From an uncultured virus (IMG/VR IMGVR_UViG_3300025133_000062) (Duplodnaviria; Heunggongvirae; Uroviricota; Caudoviricetes), in the IMG/VR virus record IMGVR_UViG_3300025133_000062: DNA of 20,000 nt; one strand, written 5' to 3'. Shown here in pieces: positions 1-9,383 of the stretch; the stretch's first letter is position 1; every line of letters begins with the position of its first letter. The position numbers and the translations under genes are program-made. The notes under the pieces are model-generated. The model ran no database searches. It was not told the origin of the DNA and saw only the letters and a program-made list of their open reading frames with translations.

Positions 1-168
1 CTCCTTGATAAGATTATGAGGAGGATAGGTTTGAGAACCTATTTTTGTTGCTTCCACCATAGCTCTAAATACTTTATCATAGCCAAGTGACCATCTTTGA
101 AAATTATTAAAAGAGTTATGAGGAGCAAGTTCAGAAAACCTCTTGTCCCATTCAAGTGTTACATTCAT
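1..168 (-). CDS. Small heat-shock protein (Hsp20/IbpA-like), N-terminal part, runs off the window
   Basis: Manual translation from ATG at 168: MNVTLEWDKRFSELAPHNSFNNFQRWSLGYDKVFRAMVEATKIGSQTYPPHNLIKE. The 'GYD..F' and 'YPPxN' motifs are IbpA-like. SD AGGAGA at about 175-181. Confidence 0.75.
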   Translation of the reverse strand, partial: MNVTLEWDKRFSELAPHNSFNNFQRWSLGYDKVFRAMVEATKIGSQTYPPHNLIKE

Positions 169-226
169 AATATATCTCCTTTCAAGCAAGATATTATAGA
201 ACCCATTATTGGCATTCTATCTGTAT

Positions 227-255
227 AGTATACTATACTTTTAATAACTTGTCAA
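227..255 (-). promoter_or_regulatory. Sigma70-type promoter upstream of the sHSP gene
   Basis: TTGACA(255-250)-17 nt-TATACT(232-227). Confidence 0.75.
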
Positions 256-269
256 GCTTTTTTTAAATA

Positions 270-1988
270 TTATCCACATTCTTTATTGCCGGTTCCTGGG
301 TCAACAAAACAAGCCATGCCTTCCTGTTCTTCTACAGCATTAAGAATACCATAGCGTTTACCTGCTGCTCTGAAGGTTGTAACTCCCTTGAGCTTTCCTC
401 TCCATGCTTTGATATAGACATCCTTGAACTCTTCAAAGGTTACACTATCGCCTACATTGATAGTTTTACTAACAGCAGAGTCTACATAGGGCTGTACTGC
501 TATCTGCATAGCCAGATGATCATCTACATTAAGATCACCGGATACCTCACATCTCAAACCGTAGTTACGATAGACATAATCCTGCATCTTAATGATGGAA
601 GTGCCTTCCTCAGTCTGTACTGTACGGTCATACTCCAATGCAAACACAGGTTCGATACCCGAACTGATATTGTCAGCGGTAAAACTAATAGTACCTGTGG
701 GAGCAACAGAAATAAGATGGCTATTTCTCATACCACATTGACGCAGCTTGTCCTGTAAATCTTTCGGAAAGCTTTTGATAAACTCACTGTCCAGATAGTT
801 AGGTTTGAAGAATGGGAAGCTTCCTTTCTCTGTGGCTAGATCGGCACTGGCGCTGTAAGCCTCATACGTTAAGGTCTTCATAACTTTACGAGTAAATTTA
901 ACTGCTTCAAGAGAACCATATTTAAAGCCCAGCAAAGTTAAAACATTGGCAAGCCCAGTAATACCAAGCCCCATCCTACGTTTCCTCTTTGCTTCCTTAG
1001 ACTGAGCATCAAGAGGGTACTCAGTCCTATCAATAACATTGTCAATAGCACGAACAACATGAGGGATGTCCTCCTTGAGTTGTTTGAAGTTAAAGTAGTT
1101 CTCCTCCTCTTTTTCAGTAAGGTAAGGGTTGTTTACTACAGTTAGGTACTTCACAAGATTAAAACTCCCTAGTAGACAGGCTCCAAAGGGAGGAAGGGGC
1201 TGTTCACCGCAAGGGTTAGTTGCTTCTATAACTTCACAGTAATGAAGATTATTATTCTCATTGATACGATCTATGAATAGAATCCCAGGCTCTGCCCAAT
1301 CCCAGTTGTTACGCATGATCTCATCCCAGAGCATAGAGGCATCTATCTCACCATGATTCTGGTTCTTAAACCGGAGCATGAAAGGTTTGTTCTTGGATAC
1401 AGCATCCATAAACTCATCTGTCACACCCACAGAAATATTAAAATTGGTTAGCTGGTTGTCGTTCTTCTTGGCTCGTATGAACTCCTCTATGTCAGGATGA
1501 TCCACACGCAGAACTCCCATCATTGCCCCTCTTCTGTGTCCCGCCGAAAGAATTGTGCGACATACTGCATCATATATGTGCATGAATGATACAGGACCGC
1601 TGGCAGAGCTATCAAGAGACACAATCCTATCACCACAAGGGCGAATACGACTGAAATCATAGCCAATCCCCCCTCCTCTACGCATTGTTTCAGCAGCTTC
1701 AGAGGCTCGTTGCATAATCGAATCCATAGAGTCTTCAATGAGGCCACTAACAAAGCAATTATACGCCGTAACATTCCTTGGCGATCCCATAGCCGCCTGT
1801 ACTCTACCCGCCGCCATAAACCTTTGATCCAAGATAATATCTTTGTACTGTTTTCTGTGTTCATCACTATCTCCCATTGCTGCTGCCTCTCTAGCCTTGG
1901 ATTCTTCAAAGCTTTCGTTAGGCAATCTATATTTCATTGCATGTAATGATTCGCACACAGGTATTTTAGGCCCATAACTGGTCATCAT
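270..1988 (-). CDS. nrdJ: Ribonucleotide reductase, probably class II (adenosylcobalamin-dependent)
   Basis: Motifs NCFV, GGGIG, TNPCGEQPL, CLLGS, APTGTIS and C-terminal Cys pair. Compact 572 aa with no adjacent small-subunit gene in the window. Confidence 0.85.
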   Translation of the reverse strand: MMTSYGPKIPVCESLHAMKYRLPNESFEESKAREAAAMGDSDEHRKQYKDIILDQRFMAAGRVQAAMGSPRNVTAYNCFVSGLIEDSMDSIMQRASEAAETMRRGGGIGYDFSRIRPCGDRIVSLDSSASGPVSFMHIYDAVCRTILSAGHRRGAMMGVLRVDHPDIEEFIRAKKNDNQLTNFNISVGVTDEFMDAVSKNKPFMLRFKNQNHGEIDASMLWDEIMRNNWDWAEPGILFIDRINENNNLHYCEVIEATNPCGEQPLPPFGACLLGSFNLVKYLTVVNNPYLTEKEEENYFNFKQLKEDIPHVVRAIDNVIDRTEYPLDAQSKEAKRKRRMGLGITGLANVLTLLGFKYGSLEAVKFTRKVMKTLTYEAYSASADLATEKGSFPFFKPNYLDSEFIKSFPKDLQDKLRQCGMRNSHLISVAPTGTISFTADNISSGIEPVFALEYDRTVQTEEGTSIIKMQDYVYRNYGLRCEVSGDLNVDDHLAMQIAVQPYVDSAVSKTINVGDSVTFEEFKDVYIKAWRGKLKGVTTFRAAGKRYGILNAVEEQEGMACFVDPGTGNKECG

Positions 1989-2281
1989 TAAACAATTCCT
2001 TTTTTGTTTGAAAGATTAAAGATTAATTGAGAGTCTTTGTCACCATATTCTAATTGAAGAATTAACTCTGCATAATGTATAACTTTTTCTATATCTTTTC
2101 TTCCATCTCCTTTGGTTCTATGTCTGGTAATATATTTAATAACATTACCTTCAAAATAATTTAAGTCATTGGCATGAATGTATTCTACTGGCTGGATACC
2201 ACAGCTTTTGTAATGTGACCCACCAACCTGCTTAGTTAGAGGATCAGTAGATGAGTGAACTAACAAGTTTTCTTTTTCCAT
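1988..2281 (-). CDS. DUF3310 family protein (T7 gp1.7-like putative nucleotide kinase)
   Basis: QVGGSHYK..IQP..YFEGNVIKY..R...K...DIEK..HY pattern. Confidence 0.8.
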   Translation of the reverse strand: MEKENLLVHSSTDPLTKQVGGSHYKSCGIQPVEYIHANDLNYFEGNVIKYITRHRTKGDGRKDIEKVIHYAELILQLEYGDKDSQLIFNLSNKKGIV

Positions 2282-2558
2282 CTTCAGTTTCTCCTGAGTT
2301 AATAACCTTTAAAGCAAATTTTCTAATTTTTACTGGTTCAAATCCTGCATAATCACATATAATGTTAAAGTCCTGACAAGAACAGAAGAACCATTCATGC
2401 GCTTCCTCTCTTATCTCTTTAGACTCACTGGATTCATATTTATCTTCAGGTCTTGAAGCATCCAATAAAGCTTGTACTATAATAGCTACATACAAACTTC
2501 GATGAGGGTTCTTGTTTGTATATTCATAGATAGATCGTGCTGATACTTTAACATTCAT
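2244..2558 (-). CDS. Phage hypothetical protein
   Basis: In-operon ORF. Likely start ATG 2558 (MNVKVS) overlaps the upstream gene end. Confidence 0.65.
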   Translation of the reverse strand: MNVKVSARSIYEYTNKNPHRSLYVAIIVQALLDASRPEDKYESSESKEIREEAHEWFFCSCQDFNIICDYAGFEPVKIRKFALKVINSGETEDGKRKLVSSLIY

Positions 2559-2949
2559 CGTAACATTGAACCGGCCTGTAAAATTTACCGCCCACATAAT
2601 TATTATAAAAGGCAGGTTCATCTGATCCTTCCAAGGTAGAAGTTAATACTTTATGTTTCATTTGAAAATAACACTCATAATATCTTAGACTTCTCTTATT
2701 CTTGAACTCACCCAAGATGTGGAAAGAAAATTTAGTCTTCCCAATTTTCTTGATGTCTTCACATAAATGTTTACTGGAACCCATATAGGACTTCCAGTTT
2801 GATTCAGTTTTTCTAGTCTTTCCCTTATACTTTCTGTAATGATAATATTGTTTACAGCCTATATAAGCTTTGCCAGTTTGATTATTTGTTATACGGTAGA
2901 CAAAGCCAAACTGAGACAGGTCTGGCTTCCTCTCATATTGCCAATGCAT
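2548..2949 (-). CDS. GIY-YIG endonuclease
   Basis: GFVYRITN...AYIG N-terminal motif, with conserved E and YN downstream. Confidence 0.8.
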   Translation of the reverse strand: MHWQYERKPDLSQFGFVYRITNNQTGKAYIGCKQYYHYRKYKGKTRKTESNWKSYMGSSKHLCEDIKKIGKTKFSFHILGEFKNKRSLRYYECYFQMKHKVLTSTLEGSDEPAFYNNYVGGKFYRPVQCYDEC

Positions 2950-3809
2950 TACCAGTTAAATACCTCTGGGACATCAGGCTCTTTAGCAACATGTGTTAAG
3001 AATCTTTTTCCTCTGGCATATTGGAATACTCGTAACCCATTTCCATTATTAAGATCAGCCCAACAATCTTTTTTGTAAGAACAATAAACACACCCAACGG
3101 CAAGCTTGTGGTTACCAGACTTACCATCCGGCACAGCCTCATAACAACGACTAGGTGTTTTACTCTGCTGAACAAGATCTTTAAGATACTTTACCCTGTC
3201 TCTAGCATTTATCATCTCCATTGAATGTACTCTGGAAAGACAAATCTCTCCGGTAGACTTATCTATAGCTAGGAAAGCCGCCTCATCCAGACCATTGGCT
3301 TCGGCATAGGCTGAGATTTGAGCTATATATCCAAAGGGATCTTCATAAGCTAATGAATTATTCTTAAACTTCTGAAAGCCTGGACCTGACGCACTTTTAC
3401 AATCCACCAGAACACCATCAATCAATGAGTCCTGATGTCCCTTCACTCCCTCTAACTCCACCTCTTTCTGCTGGTCAGTAACTTCATGACCGGCAATAGA
3501 AGAACAGAGAAGAAGAAGTTCCTCCAAGATATACCCATATAAGAATTTAATTTTAGTGCTGGGTTTTATAGGGGTATCTAGTTGTTTGCTGTTAGCATTA
3601 TACCACAACTGCCGGTCAGGTTTTCCTATAGCCGATAGTCTTAAATTACCCATGACTTTAGGTTCGCCACATATAAATTCTTTAATGTGTATTTTAATCA
3701 TATCACCGAAGGTATTAATATGATTATCTATTTCTTCTTCAGTCATACTAACCGGGTCTGGAGAAAATAGATTATAAATATCTTCTACAAGTGTGTCTAT
3801 TTTTTTCAT
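2949..3809 (-). CDS. Cas4-like/PD-(D/E)xK exonuclease
   Basis: LRLSAIGK..RQLWY, GHQD...DCKS, Q...Y and C-terminal CVYCSYKKDC. Likely start ATG 3809; alternative TTG 3839. Confidence 0.8.
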   Translation of the reverse strand: MKKIDTLVEDIYNLFSPDPVSMTEEEIDNHINTFGDMIKIHIKEFICGEPKVMGNLRLSAIGKPDRQLWYNANSKQLDTPIKPSTKIKFLYGYILEELLLLCSSIAGHEVTDQQKEVELEGVKGHQDSLIDGVLVDCKSASGPGFQKFKNNSLAYEDPFGYIAQISAYAEANGLDEAAFLAIDKSTGEICLSRVHSMEMINARDRVKYLKDLVQQSKTPSRCYEAVPDGKSGNHKLAVGCVYCSYKKDCWADLNNGNGLRVFQYARGKRFLTHVAKEPDVPEVFNW

Positions 3810-3812
3810 GAT

Positions 3813-3847
3813 AAAAAAGAGGGATGGCTGATTTCTCAACCACCCCT
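3813..3847 (-). terminator. Intrinsic terminator-like hairpin after SSB
   Basis: AGGGGTGGTTGA-GAAA-TCAGCCATCCCT followed by CTTTTTT. Confidence 0.7.
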
Positions 3848-3887
3848 AGTCTCCTTGTTAGATTAGTTAAATAGGATAGTTTTGTGA

Positions 3888-4355
3888 TTAAGCAAAAGGA
3901 ATGTCTTCATCTTGGTCACTAACATACCCGTCTTCTACCACGGCGAAGTCATCCCCACCGCCAATATATTCTACTAAGTCTACTACTTGGACACCAAGAA
4001 GGTATCCTTTAACACCGCCTCCATAAGCTGAATACTCTTTAGGAAAATAAGAAGCATTTATCTTAGAGCCGTTGCCAATTCTCTTATCGCTTGGAAAGGG
4101 ATTGCGAAGAGAATCTTTTACAGGTATTGCACGAGGTGTGCCGTCTTTTGTACGAGCATACTGTTTGAGGGTAACAAAGTCACCACGGTCATCACCTTTG
4201 TTTTTAATTGTGAGTCCATCAGCTTCAGCAACCTTTTTGTTTTTAGCATCAAGATTACATACCTCAATGCTCCACTCACCATCAGCATTAAATTTTGTAT
4301 TGGGAGTAAGAACATGCGCCCAATATGCAGTACCAGAAATAATAGTGTTACTCAT
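3888..4355 (-). CDS. ssb: Single-stranded DNA-binding protein (T7 gp2.5-like)
   Basis: G.A.WA....P..KF, IGNGS motif, GVQVVDLVEY and acidic tail ending DEDIPFA. SD AAGGAG. Confidence 0.75.
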   Translation of the reverse strand: MSNTIISGTAYWAHVLTPNTKFNADGEWSIEVCNLDAKNKKVAEADGLTIKNKGDDRGDFVTLKQYARTKDGTPRAIPVKDSLRNPFPSDKRIGNGSKINASYFPKEYSAYGGGVKGYLLGVQVVDLVEYIGGGDDFAVVEDGYVSDQDEDIPFA

Positions 4356-4447
4356 AACTTTTCTCCTTTTGATAATTTCATATGGTTAATAACAATAAAA
4401 TGGTGATCATTTAGTTTCGTAACTTTTCTCCTTTCATCATGGGTGTA

Positions 4448-4476
4448 AGTATAGCAGATAGAATTACATATGTCAA
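4448..4476 (-). promoter_or_regulatory. Sigma70-type promoter for SSB
   Basis: TTGACA(4476-4471)-17 nt-TATACT(4453-4448), with extended -10 TG. Confidence 0.75.
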
Positions 4477-4525
4477 GAACTATTTGTATCCTTTTCTAAA
4501 TAATTTAATGCCCTTTGATACTCCA

Positions 4526-6163
4526 TCAGTGAGTCTCTCCCCATGTCCGACCAGCTTTATATTCACAGTCAAGAGGACATTTAATTTTTAATGATCTCTC
4601 TGCATCCTTCATAGCTGACTTGGTGATTAGACCAAACCTATTAACATCTTTCTTGGCTACCTCAAACTGGTATTCATCGTGGATTGATGCCACTAACTTA
4701 ACATCTACACCAACTTCTCTAATGTACTTGTCCATATGAATCAGCCATTCCTTGCAGATAATTGCTCCTGCTCCTTGCAAGAGAGTATTAACACTTGAAT
4801 GAACACTTCTTATTTGCAGAAGCCTACCATCCACTCCTCTTATTGGACCGGCCTTGGCAGCTTCCTGAATATTTTCTCTTAGAGTTTTTAGATTAGGAAC
4901 ATTATCTAAGAATCTTTTAATAAGGTTAGCACCTTGTGCGGCACCACCTCCTACTATCTGTCCTAACTTAACAGGACCGGCACCATAGAGAAAGGCATAG
5001 ATAAAAGTTTTAGCCTGATCTCTGGTCTTCAATCCTGCCGCACGTTGGTTGGCTGTATGAATATCTCCGTTGACTACCTCATTGATGTACCCTCTATCAT
5101 CAAGATAATGAGCAAGGCATCTTAATTCTAGAGAAGACGCATCAGTACCTACCAAGACATGGGTATCTGGATTAGTGACAGTCCATAGACTTCTACATTC
5201 TTTACCGTAGGGTGAATAAACAGCGGGAACCTGGGCCATATTGGGAGAGTGGTGCGCCATCCTGCCGGTCACAGTCCTGAGAGTAAGAACCTTTCCCCTC
5301 ACTCTTCCATCCTCTTGGCATTCTTTTATCCAAGACTTCAGTAGTCCTGTACGTTTTTGTAGAAGGAAGTACCGACTAAACATTTTAGCTTCTTTAATTT
5401 TAATTTTATCAAGAACTTCTTCATTGATAATAATATTTCCCTTATCTGTTTTCTTCGTAGGCTTCCACCCCTTCTCCATAAGTCTTTCAGCAATCTGTTT
5501 ACGGCTGGCAATATTAAACGGTTCTTCTTTTGTCTTAGTTTTAAGCTGGAAAATCTTAGGTGGAAATATTTCAAGCGACTGCTTCTCTAAATTAAATTGT
5601 TCATCTTCCAACCTTGCCAATAAGATCATTGCTTCCGGTAGATTAAAAGCAAAGCCATTCTTTTCCTGGTGATCAACAATAAGTCTTACTTTTCTTTCAA
5701 GTTCATACGGTCTGGAAGGAAATCTCTCACCTTCTTCAAGCAAAGTAGAAGCAACCTTCCCAGTGAGTTCTGCATCACGCCTACAATACTGTAGCATTTC
5801 TTTAGTGAATACTGTGAAATCCTTATGCTCCCCTTTCAAAAACTTTAATTTCTTTCCCCAGGATTCAAGAGAATGACCACCCTCTCTAATAGGATTAAAC
5901 AACTGCGACTCTAATAGAGTATCCCTTATCTGGGTAGCTCTTATTGCAGACCCTGTAAATTTATTTAAAAGAGGGGCATCAAAACTAATTCCATTATGCA
6001 TAATAAACTTATTTATTTTCTTTGACCATTCCCCGAAATCCGCACACTGCTCCTTGATCCATACTTTTTCCTTTCCAGAATCTTCTTCTCTTGCTACAAT
6101 ACAATGTATCTTGGTTGTGTCACCAAGACCATTTGTTTCAATATCAACTATCGCTGTTGTCAT
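4526..6163 (-). CDS. polA: Family A DNA polymerase with 3'-5' exonuclease
   Basis: Exo motifs DIET, HNGISFD, YCRRD. Pol motifs DASSLELR, RDQAKTFIYAFLYG (Tyr at the Pol I 762-equivalent position, as in T7) and IHDEYQ. Confidence 0.95.
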   Translation of the reverse strand: MTTAIVDIETNGLGDTTKIHCIVAREEDSGKEKVWIKEQCADFGEWSKKINKFIMHNGISFDAPLLNKFTGSAIRATQIRDTLLESQLFNPIREGGHSLESWGKKLKFLKGEHKDFTVFTKEMLQYCRRDAELTGKVASTLLEEGERFPSRPYELERKVRLIVDHQEKNGFAFNLPEAMILLARLEDEQFNLEKQSLEIFPPKIFQLKTKTKEEPFNIASRKQIAERLMEKGWKPTKKTDKGNIIINEEVLDKIKIKEAKMFSRYFLLQKRTGLLKSWIKECQEDGRVRGKVLTLRTVTGRMAHHSPNMAQVPAVYSPYGKECRSLWTVTNPDTHVLVGTDASSLELRCLAHYLDDRGYINEVVNGDIHTANQRAAGLKTRDQAKTFIYAFLYGAGPVKLGQIVGGGAAQGANLIKRFLDNVPNLKTLRENIQEAAKAGPIRGVDGRLLQIRSVHSSVNTLLQGAGAIICKEWLIHMDKYIREVGVDVKLVASIHDEYQFEVAKKDVNRFGLITKSAMKDAERSLKIKCPLDCEYKAGRTWGETH

Positions 6164-6620
6164 AGGTCATATCCACTTGGTAAATTAAATCAGTACGAAC
6201 ATGAAAAAACTTTTCTCCTTTTGCTATATTTTTATTGTATGCTTCCTTGACTTCAGATTCAAGAAGCACATCTCCTGGAACATGCCATGCTCTTTTGAAG
6301 TCTCCTCTGAAAACAACAAAGGTTAAGTCAGCATTTCTAAAATCTTTCTGCCATTTATCCAGCAGTCTTTTCTTTCTGTAGGGAATGCGTAATTCTTTCC
6401 AACTCTCAGGCCAATCTCCTTTCCATCCCCACTTGACTTCAACTTCATAGAAGTGATTGCTGGAACTACTATCAAGATACCCTCTAATATCGAAGCCAAA
6501 GTTCTCTTTTGAATCAGTGATAAGATCAGGTATATTATGACCCAACCAACCCAGCATTTGTTTCTTTGCTGGCGTATCTGCTTTGTCATACTCATCTTTA
6601 CTGAAGGGTTTTCTTACCAT
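6144..6620 (-). CDS. Putative PD-(D/E)xK-fold nuclease
   Basis: FDI...YEVEVK motif; overlaps neighbouring genes. Confidence 0.55.
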   Translation of the reverse strand: MVRKPFSKDEYDKADTPAKKQMLGWLGHNIPDLITDSKENFGFDIRGYLDSSSSNHFYEVEVKWGWKGDWPESWKELRIPYRKKRLLDKWQKDFRNADLTFVVFRGDFKRAWHVPGDVLLESEVKEAYNKNIAKGEKFFHVRTDLIYQVDMTYDNSDS

Positions 6621-7140
6621 TTTCTAACTCCTTTGTTATTTTTTCATAGTGTTTTGCTACTGCCATAACTTGATTTACTGTAGCATCAGACATTATTCTA
6701 TTAGCTAAAGCAGATACAACTTGTACATTTCCTTTTATGTACCCCAGTTCAGGAATAATTCTATCTAAAGTTGGAGAGTGATCTGTTACACAAAAATCTC
6801 CTTTCTTCATAGTAATTCCTAAAGCTGGGCATTTGTTATCTTCAGGCCATATTTCTCTAAGATATTCTGTACTAAGATTAAAAGGAAGGTTCTTCTGTTT
6901 AGCTCTTACTTTACTTGTGCAACACATCCAGTGTTCTTTATTTTCTAAACGGTATTGTTTAGTATGTTTAAGTATTTTTTCTTTATTTTCTTGATAGTAT
7001 TTTTTATTTCGTTCCATCTGTTTTTCTTTATTTTCTAAACGGTATTTTTTATAATACTCAGTTCGTTTTTCTTTATTTTCTTGATAGTATTTTTTATAAT
7101 ACTCAGTTCGTTTTTCTGGATCTTTATGAGGCATCATCAT
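6598..7140 (-). CDS. HNH-like (beta-beta-alpha-Me) endonuclease with N-terminal tandem repeats
   Basis: CPALG...SPTLDRIIPELGYIKGNVQVVS..AN motif. Likely start in the MMM run at about 7140. Confidence 0.7.
   Translation of the reverse strand: MMMPHKDPEKRTEYYKKYYQENKEKRTEYYKKYRLENKEKQMERNKKYYQENKEKILKHTKQYRLENKEHWMCCTSKVRAKQKNLPFNLSTEYLREIWPEDNKCPALGITMKKGDFCVTDHSPTLDRIIPELGYIKGNVQVVSALANRIMSDATVNQVMAVAKHYEKITKELENGKKTLQ
6934..7113 (-). repeat. 4 x 45-bp (15-aa) intragenic tandem repeat
   Basis: KRTEYYKKYYQENKE / KRTEYYKKYRLENKE / KQMERNKKYYQENKE / KILKHTKQYRLENKE. Confidence 0.9.
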
Positions 7141-8746
7141 TCTCCATAAAAGGATTATCAATCTGGGTCATCCTACCAGTATTTTTATCATAGAAAAGAT
7201 AACACGCCACACCAGTGTCTCCAGTGTATCTGTTCTTGAGTATTCTTATTGTGGTTGTATTAGCTTCAGTTTCATCTTCAGCCTGTTGGTTTCTTTCCAG
7301 GGCTATGACACTATCAGATAGGTGCGCTATGCTGGCCGATCCTCTCAGGTGAGAGAGGGATACTTCCTTGCCATCCTCATGACCCCTATCACCTGATGGT
7401 CTGCGTAGGTGTGAAACAAGTAACAAGCCAACGCCAGTTTCTTCCACCAGAGATCTTAACTTGGTCATAAGAACATCAATAGACTTTCTTTCATCCCCAA
7501 ACTCTTCATTCCCTGACACCAGTATAGAGAGATGATCTAGGAAAATCCACTTACAATCTCTAGCTTTAGCCATGTACCTAACACGATCCAATATCTCATC
7601 GTTAGAAATTGAACCAAAGTGATCAAAGGCAAGGAACCTGCCAGAGCCAACGGTCTTATCCCGCCATTCTATTAGCTGTTTTCTGGTGTATTCTTCTCGT
7701 ACTTCTCTGATATAAAGTCTGGCATTGGCCTCGACACTCATAATATTAAAGGCTGTGTTCCTGGTGTTCTCTTCCATACATAACACACCAATGTTATCCT
7801 TAGTACTGTTCATGATATGATGCATAAGTTCTCTAATAATACTTGACTTGCCCATACCGGCACCGCTGGTAAAGCAGACTAGTTCCCCAGTTCTAATACC
7901 ATAGGTTTTATCATTCATTTTAGGCCAGGGATAAAGACAAGTCTCACAATAGTCTTCTTCAAACAATGCATCACCAAGGTCAGCTAGATTGATAATACCG
8001 GCAGGTGTATATGGTTTAGCATTCCACCATTCCTGCATAAACTTCTCACGTTTACCAACCTTTAGATACTCGTTTGGATCTTTAAGTTCTAGAGTTAAGA
8101 TTTTACATTTGTTGGGTTCAAAGATTTGAGCTACTGCTTGTGCCGCCTTCCTGCCTGGGTCATCGTTGTCAAAGCACAGAACTACGGTTTCAAATTGGTT
8201 AAGATAGTTAAAGGCTTTCTTACAGTTCTCAACTGCTGATGCGGCACCGTTCTTAATTGAAACAGTAGGGTACTTGCCATTCATCTGATAGACAGACATA
8301 GCATCAATCTCACCCTCACAGACTGTAACATATTTGCCACCACCAGAAAATATATTTTCACCAAATAAAACAGAGCCGCTTACATTCCCTTCAGACCAGA
8401 ATTTTTTACCTTGCACTTCTCTGATTTTATTAGCAACATGATTGCCGTTGTTGTCAAAATATTTATAGATGTGATGGGTAATTGTACTGCCAGATTTTGT
8501 TACTTCAACATTAAATGTTTTAATGGTTTCACGTTCTATGTGCCGATCACTAATGGCAGACACCTCACCGCTTGTTTTTAATAATCCAGAACTTTTTGTA
8601 TTAGTCATTGGTACCACCTTTGAATTATTATTAAAATTTGTTTCGCAACTAAAACAATAGGAGTGACCATCATCATACAAGGCATGGGCATCACTTGAGG
8701 TACAGCTAGGACATGGCCCCTTTGATATACATTTAGTATCACTCAT
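7124..8746 (-). CDS. Primase-helicase (T7 gp4-like)
   Basis: Zn finger CPSC..SDA...CFSC, TOPRIM CEGEIDA/FDND, Walker A SGAGMGKS, LDHL, LRGS, LKNR. Start ATG 8746 with SD AAAGGAGA. Confidence 0.95.
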   Translation of the reverse strand: MSDTKCISKGPCPSCTSSDAHALYDDGHSYCFSCETNFNNNSKVVPMTNTKSSGLLKTSGEVSAISDRHIERETIKTFNVEVTKSGSTITHHIYKYFDNNGNHVANKIREVQGKKFWSEGNVSGSVLFGENIFSGGGKYVTVCEGEIDAMSVYQMNGKYPTVSIKNGAASAVENCKKAFNYLNQFETVVLCFDNDDPGRKAAQAVAQIFEPNKCKILTLELKDPNEYLKVGKREKFMQEWWNAKPYTPAGIINLADLGDALFEEDYCETCLYPWPKMNDKTYGIRTGELVCFTSGAGMGKSSIIRELMHHIMNSTKDNIGVLCMEENTRNTAFNIMSVEANARLYIREVREEYTRKQLIEWRDKTVGSGRFLAFDHFGSISNDEILDRVRYMAKARDCKWIFLDHLSILVSGNEEFGDERKSIDVLMTKLRSLVEETGVGLLLVSHLRRPSGDRGHEDGKEVSLSHLRGSASIAHLSDSVIALERNQQAEDETEANTTTIRILKNRYTGDTGVACYLFYDKNTGRMTQIDNPFMENDDAS

Positions 8747-8763
8747 TAAAATCTCCTTTCGGT

Positions 8764-8840
8764 GATGTTGTCCACGGCCCAACATCTTGGCCTTAATATA
8801 CTATTTAGTTAGTTCGTAGAACTCACTAACTAAATAGTAT
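8764..8840 (-). repeat. Composite element copy 1: GA/GA-capped hairpin (8798-8840) plus pseudoknot (8764-8792)
   Basis: 16-bp perfect inverted repeat around GA-GT-TCT-AC-GA, then GGCC-AA-GATGTTG-GGCC-GTGGA-CAACATC. Confidence 0.85.
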
Positions 8841-8841
8841 T

Positions 8842-9048
8842 TTAGTGTTTTGGATTGCCAACATTTTTAATTTTTTGAATTTCATAAAGACTTTTAGGGT
8901 CGTTAGAGATGGAACCTGTGTGTCTCAAATGATTTGCTAACTGGGTTCGCCAAGCCACCTCTTCCTCCGCTTCCTTTCTGGTTTTAAAATCTTCTATAAT
9001 AATATTTGACAGTTTCTTTTTTAGAATAACTCTCCATCTAGACATCAC
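8842..9048 (-). CDS. Hypothetical protein
   Basis: In-operon ORF ending NPKH* directly against the hairpin. Confidence 0.6.
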   Translation of the reverse strand: MMSRWRVILKKKLSNIIIEDFKTRKEAEEEVAWRTQLANHLRHTGSISNDPKSLYEIQKIKNVGNPKH

Positions 9049-9223
9049 TATAAGTCTCCTCCCACAGGTTGTTTACAAAATCTTCTTTGTCTAACATAAT
9101 TTCATCAACCTCTCTCTTGGCTAATGATTTAGCCTCTCTGGGGTCATAACCTTCCTGAAGATATTGTTTTAATAAAAAATTAAAAGCCTGTCTCCGTTCC
9201 TTTCTCCACAAATTACTAGTCAT
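9038..9223 (-). CDS. Hypothetical protein
   Basis: Likely start MTSNLW at 9223, overlapping the upstream ORF end. Confidence 0.6.
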   Translation of the reverse strand: MTSNLWRKERRQAFNFLLKQYLQEGYDPREAKSLAKREVDEIMLDKEDFVNNLWEETYSDV

Positions 9224-9368
9224 TTTCAACCCATCCTTGATTTGCTTTTCTATAATCAAATTCAGATAATTTTTCTTTTAGTTTTTTATTTTCATCCCTT
9301 TCCTTTTCTAATTGTTGTTTTAAAATTTCAATATGTTTATGTAATCTTTCTTCTATAGTTTGTTTCAT
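9216..9368 (-). CDS. Small coiled-coil hypothetical protein (50 aa)
   Basis: Manual translation MKQTIEERLHKHIEILKQQLEKERDENKKLKRKLSEFDYRKANQGWVEND; fills the operon gap. Confidence 0.55.
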   Translation of the reverse strand: MKQTIEERLHKHIEILKQQLEKERDENKKLKEKLSEFDYRKANQGWVEND

Positions 9369-9383
9369 ATTATACCCCAAAAA

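Noticed and set aside
1520..6595. Alternate-frame minus ORFs 1520-1909, 4118-4315, 5338-5574 and 6323-6595
   Set aside because: Fully nested in recognised genes, with no motifs.
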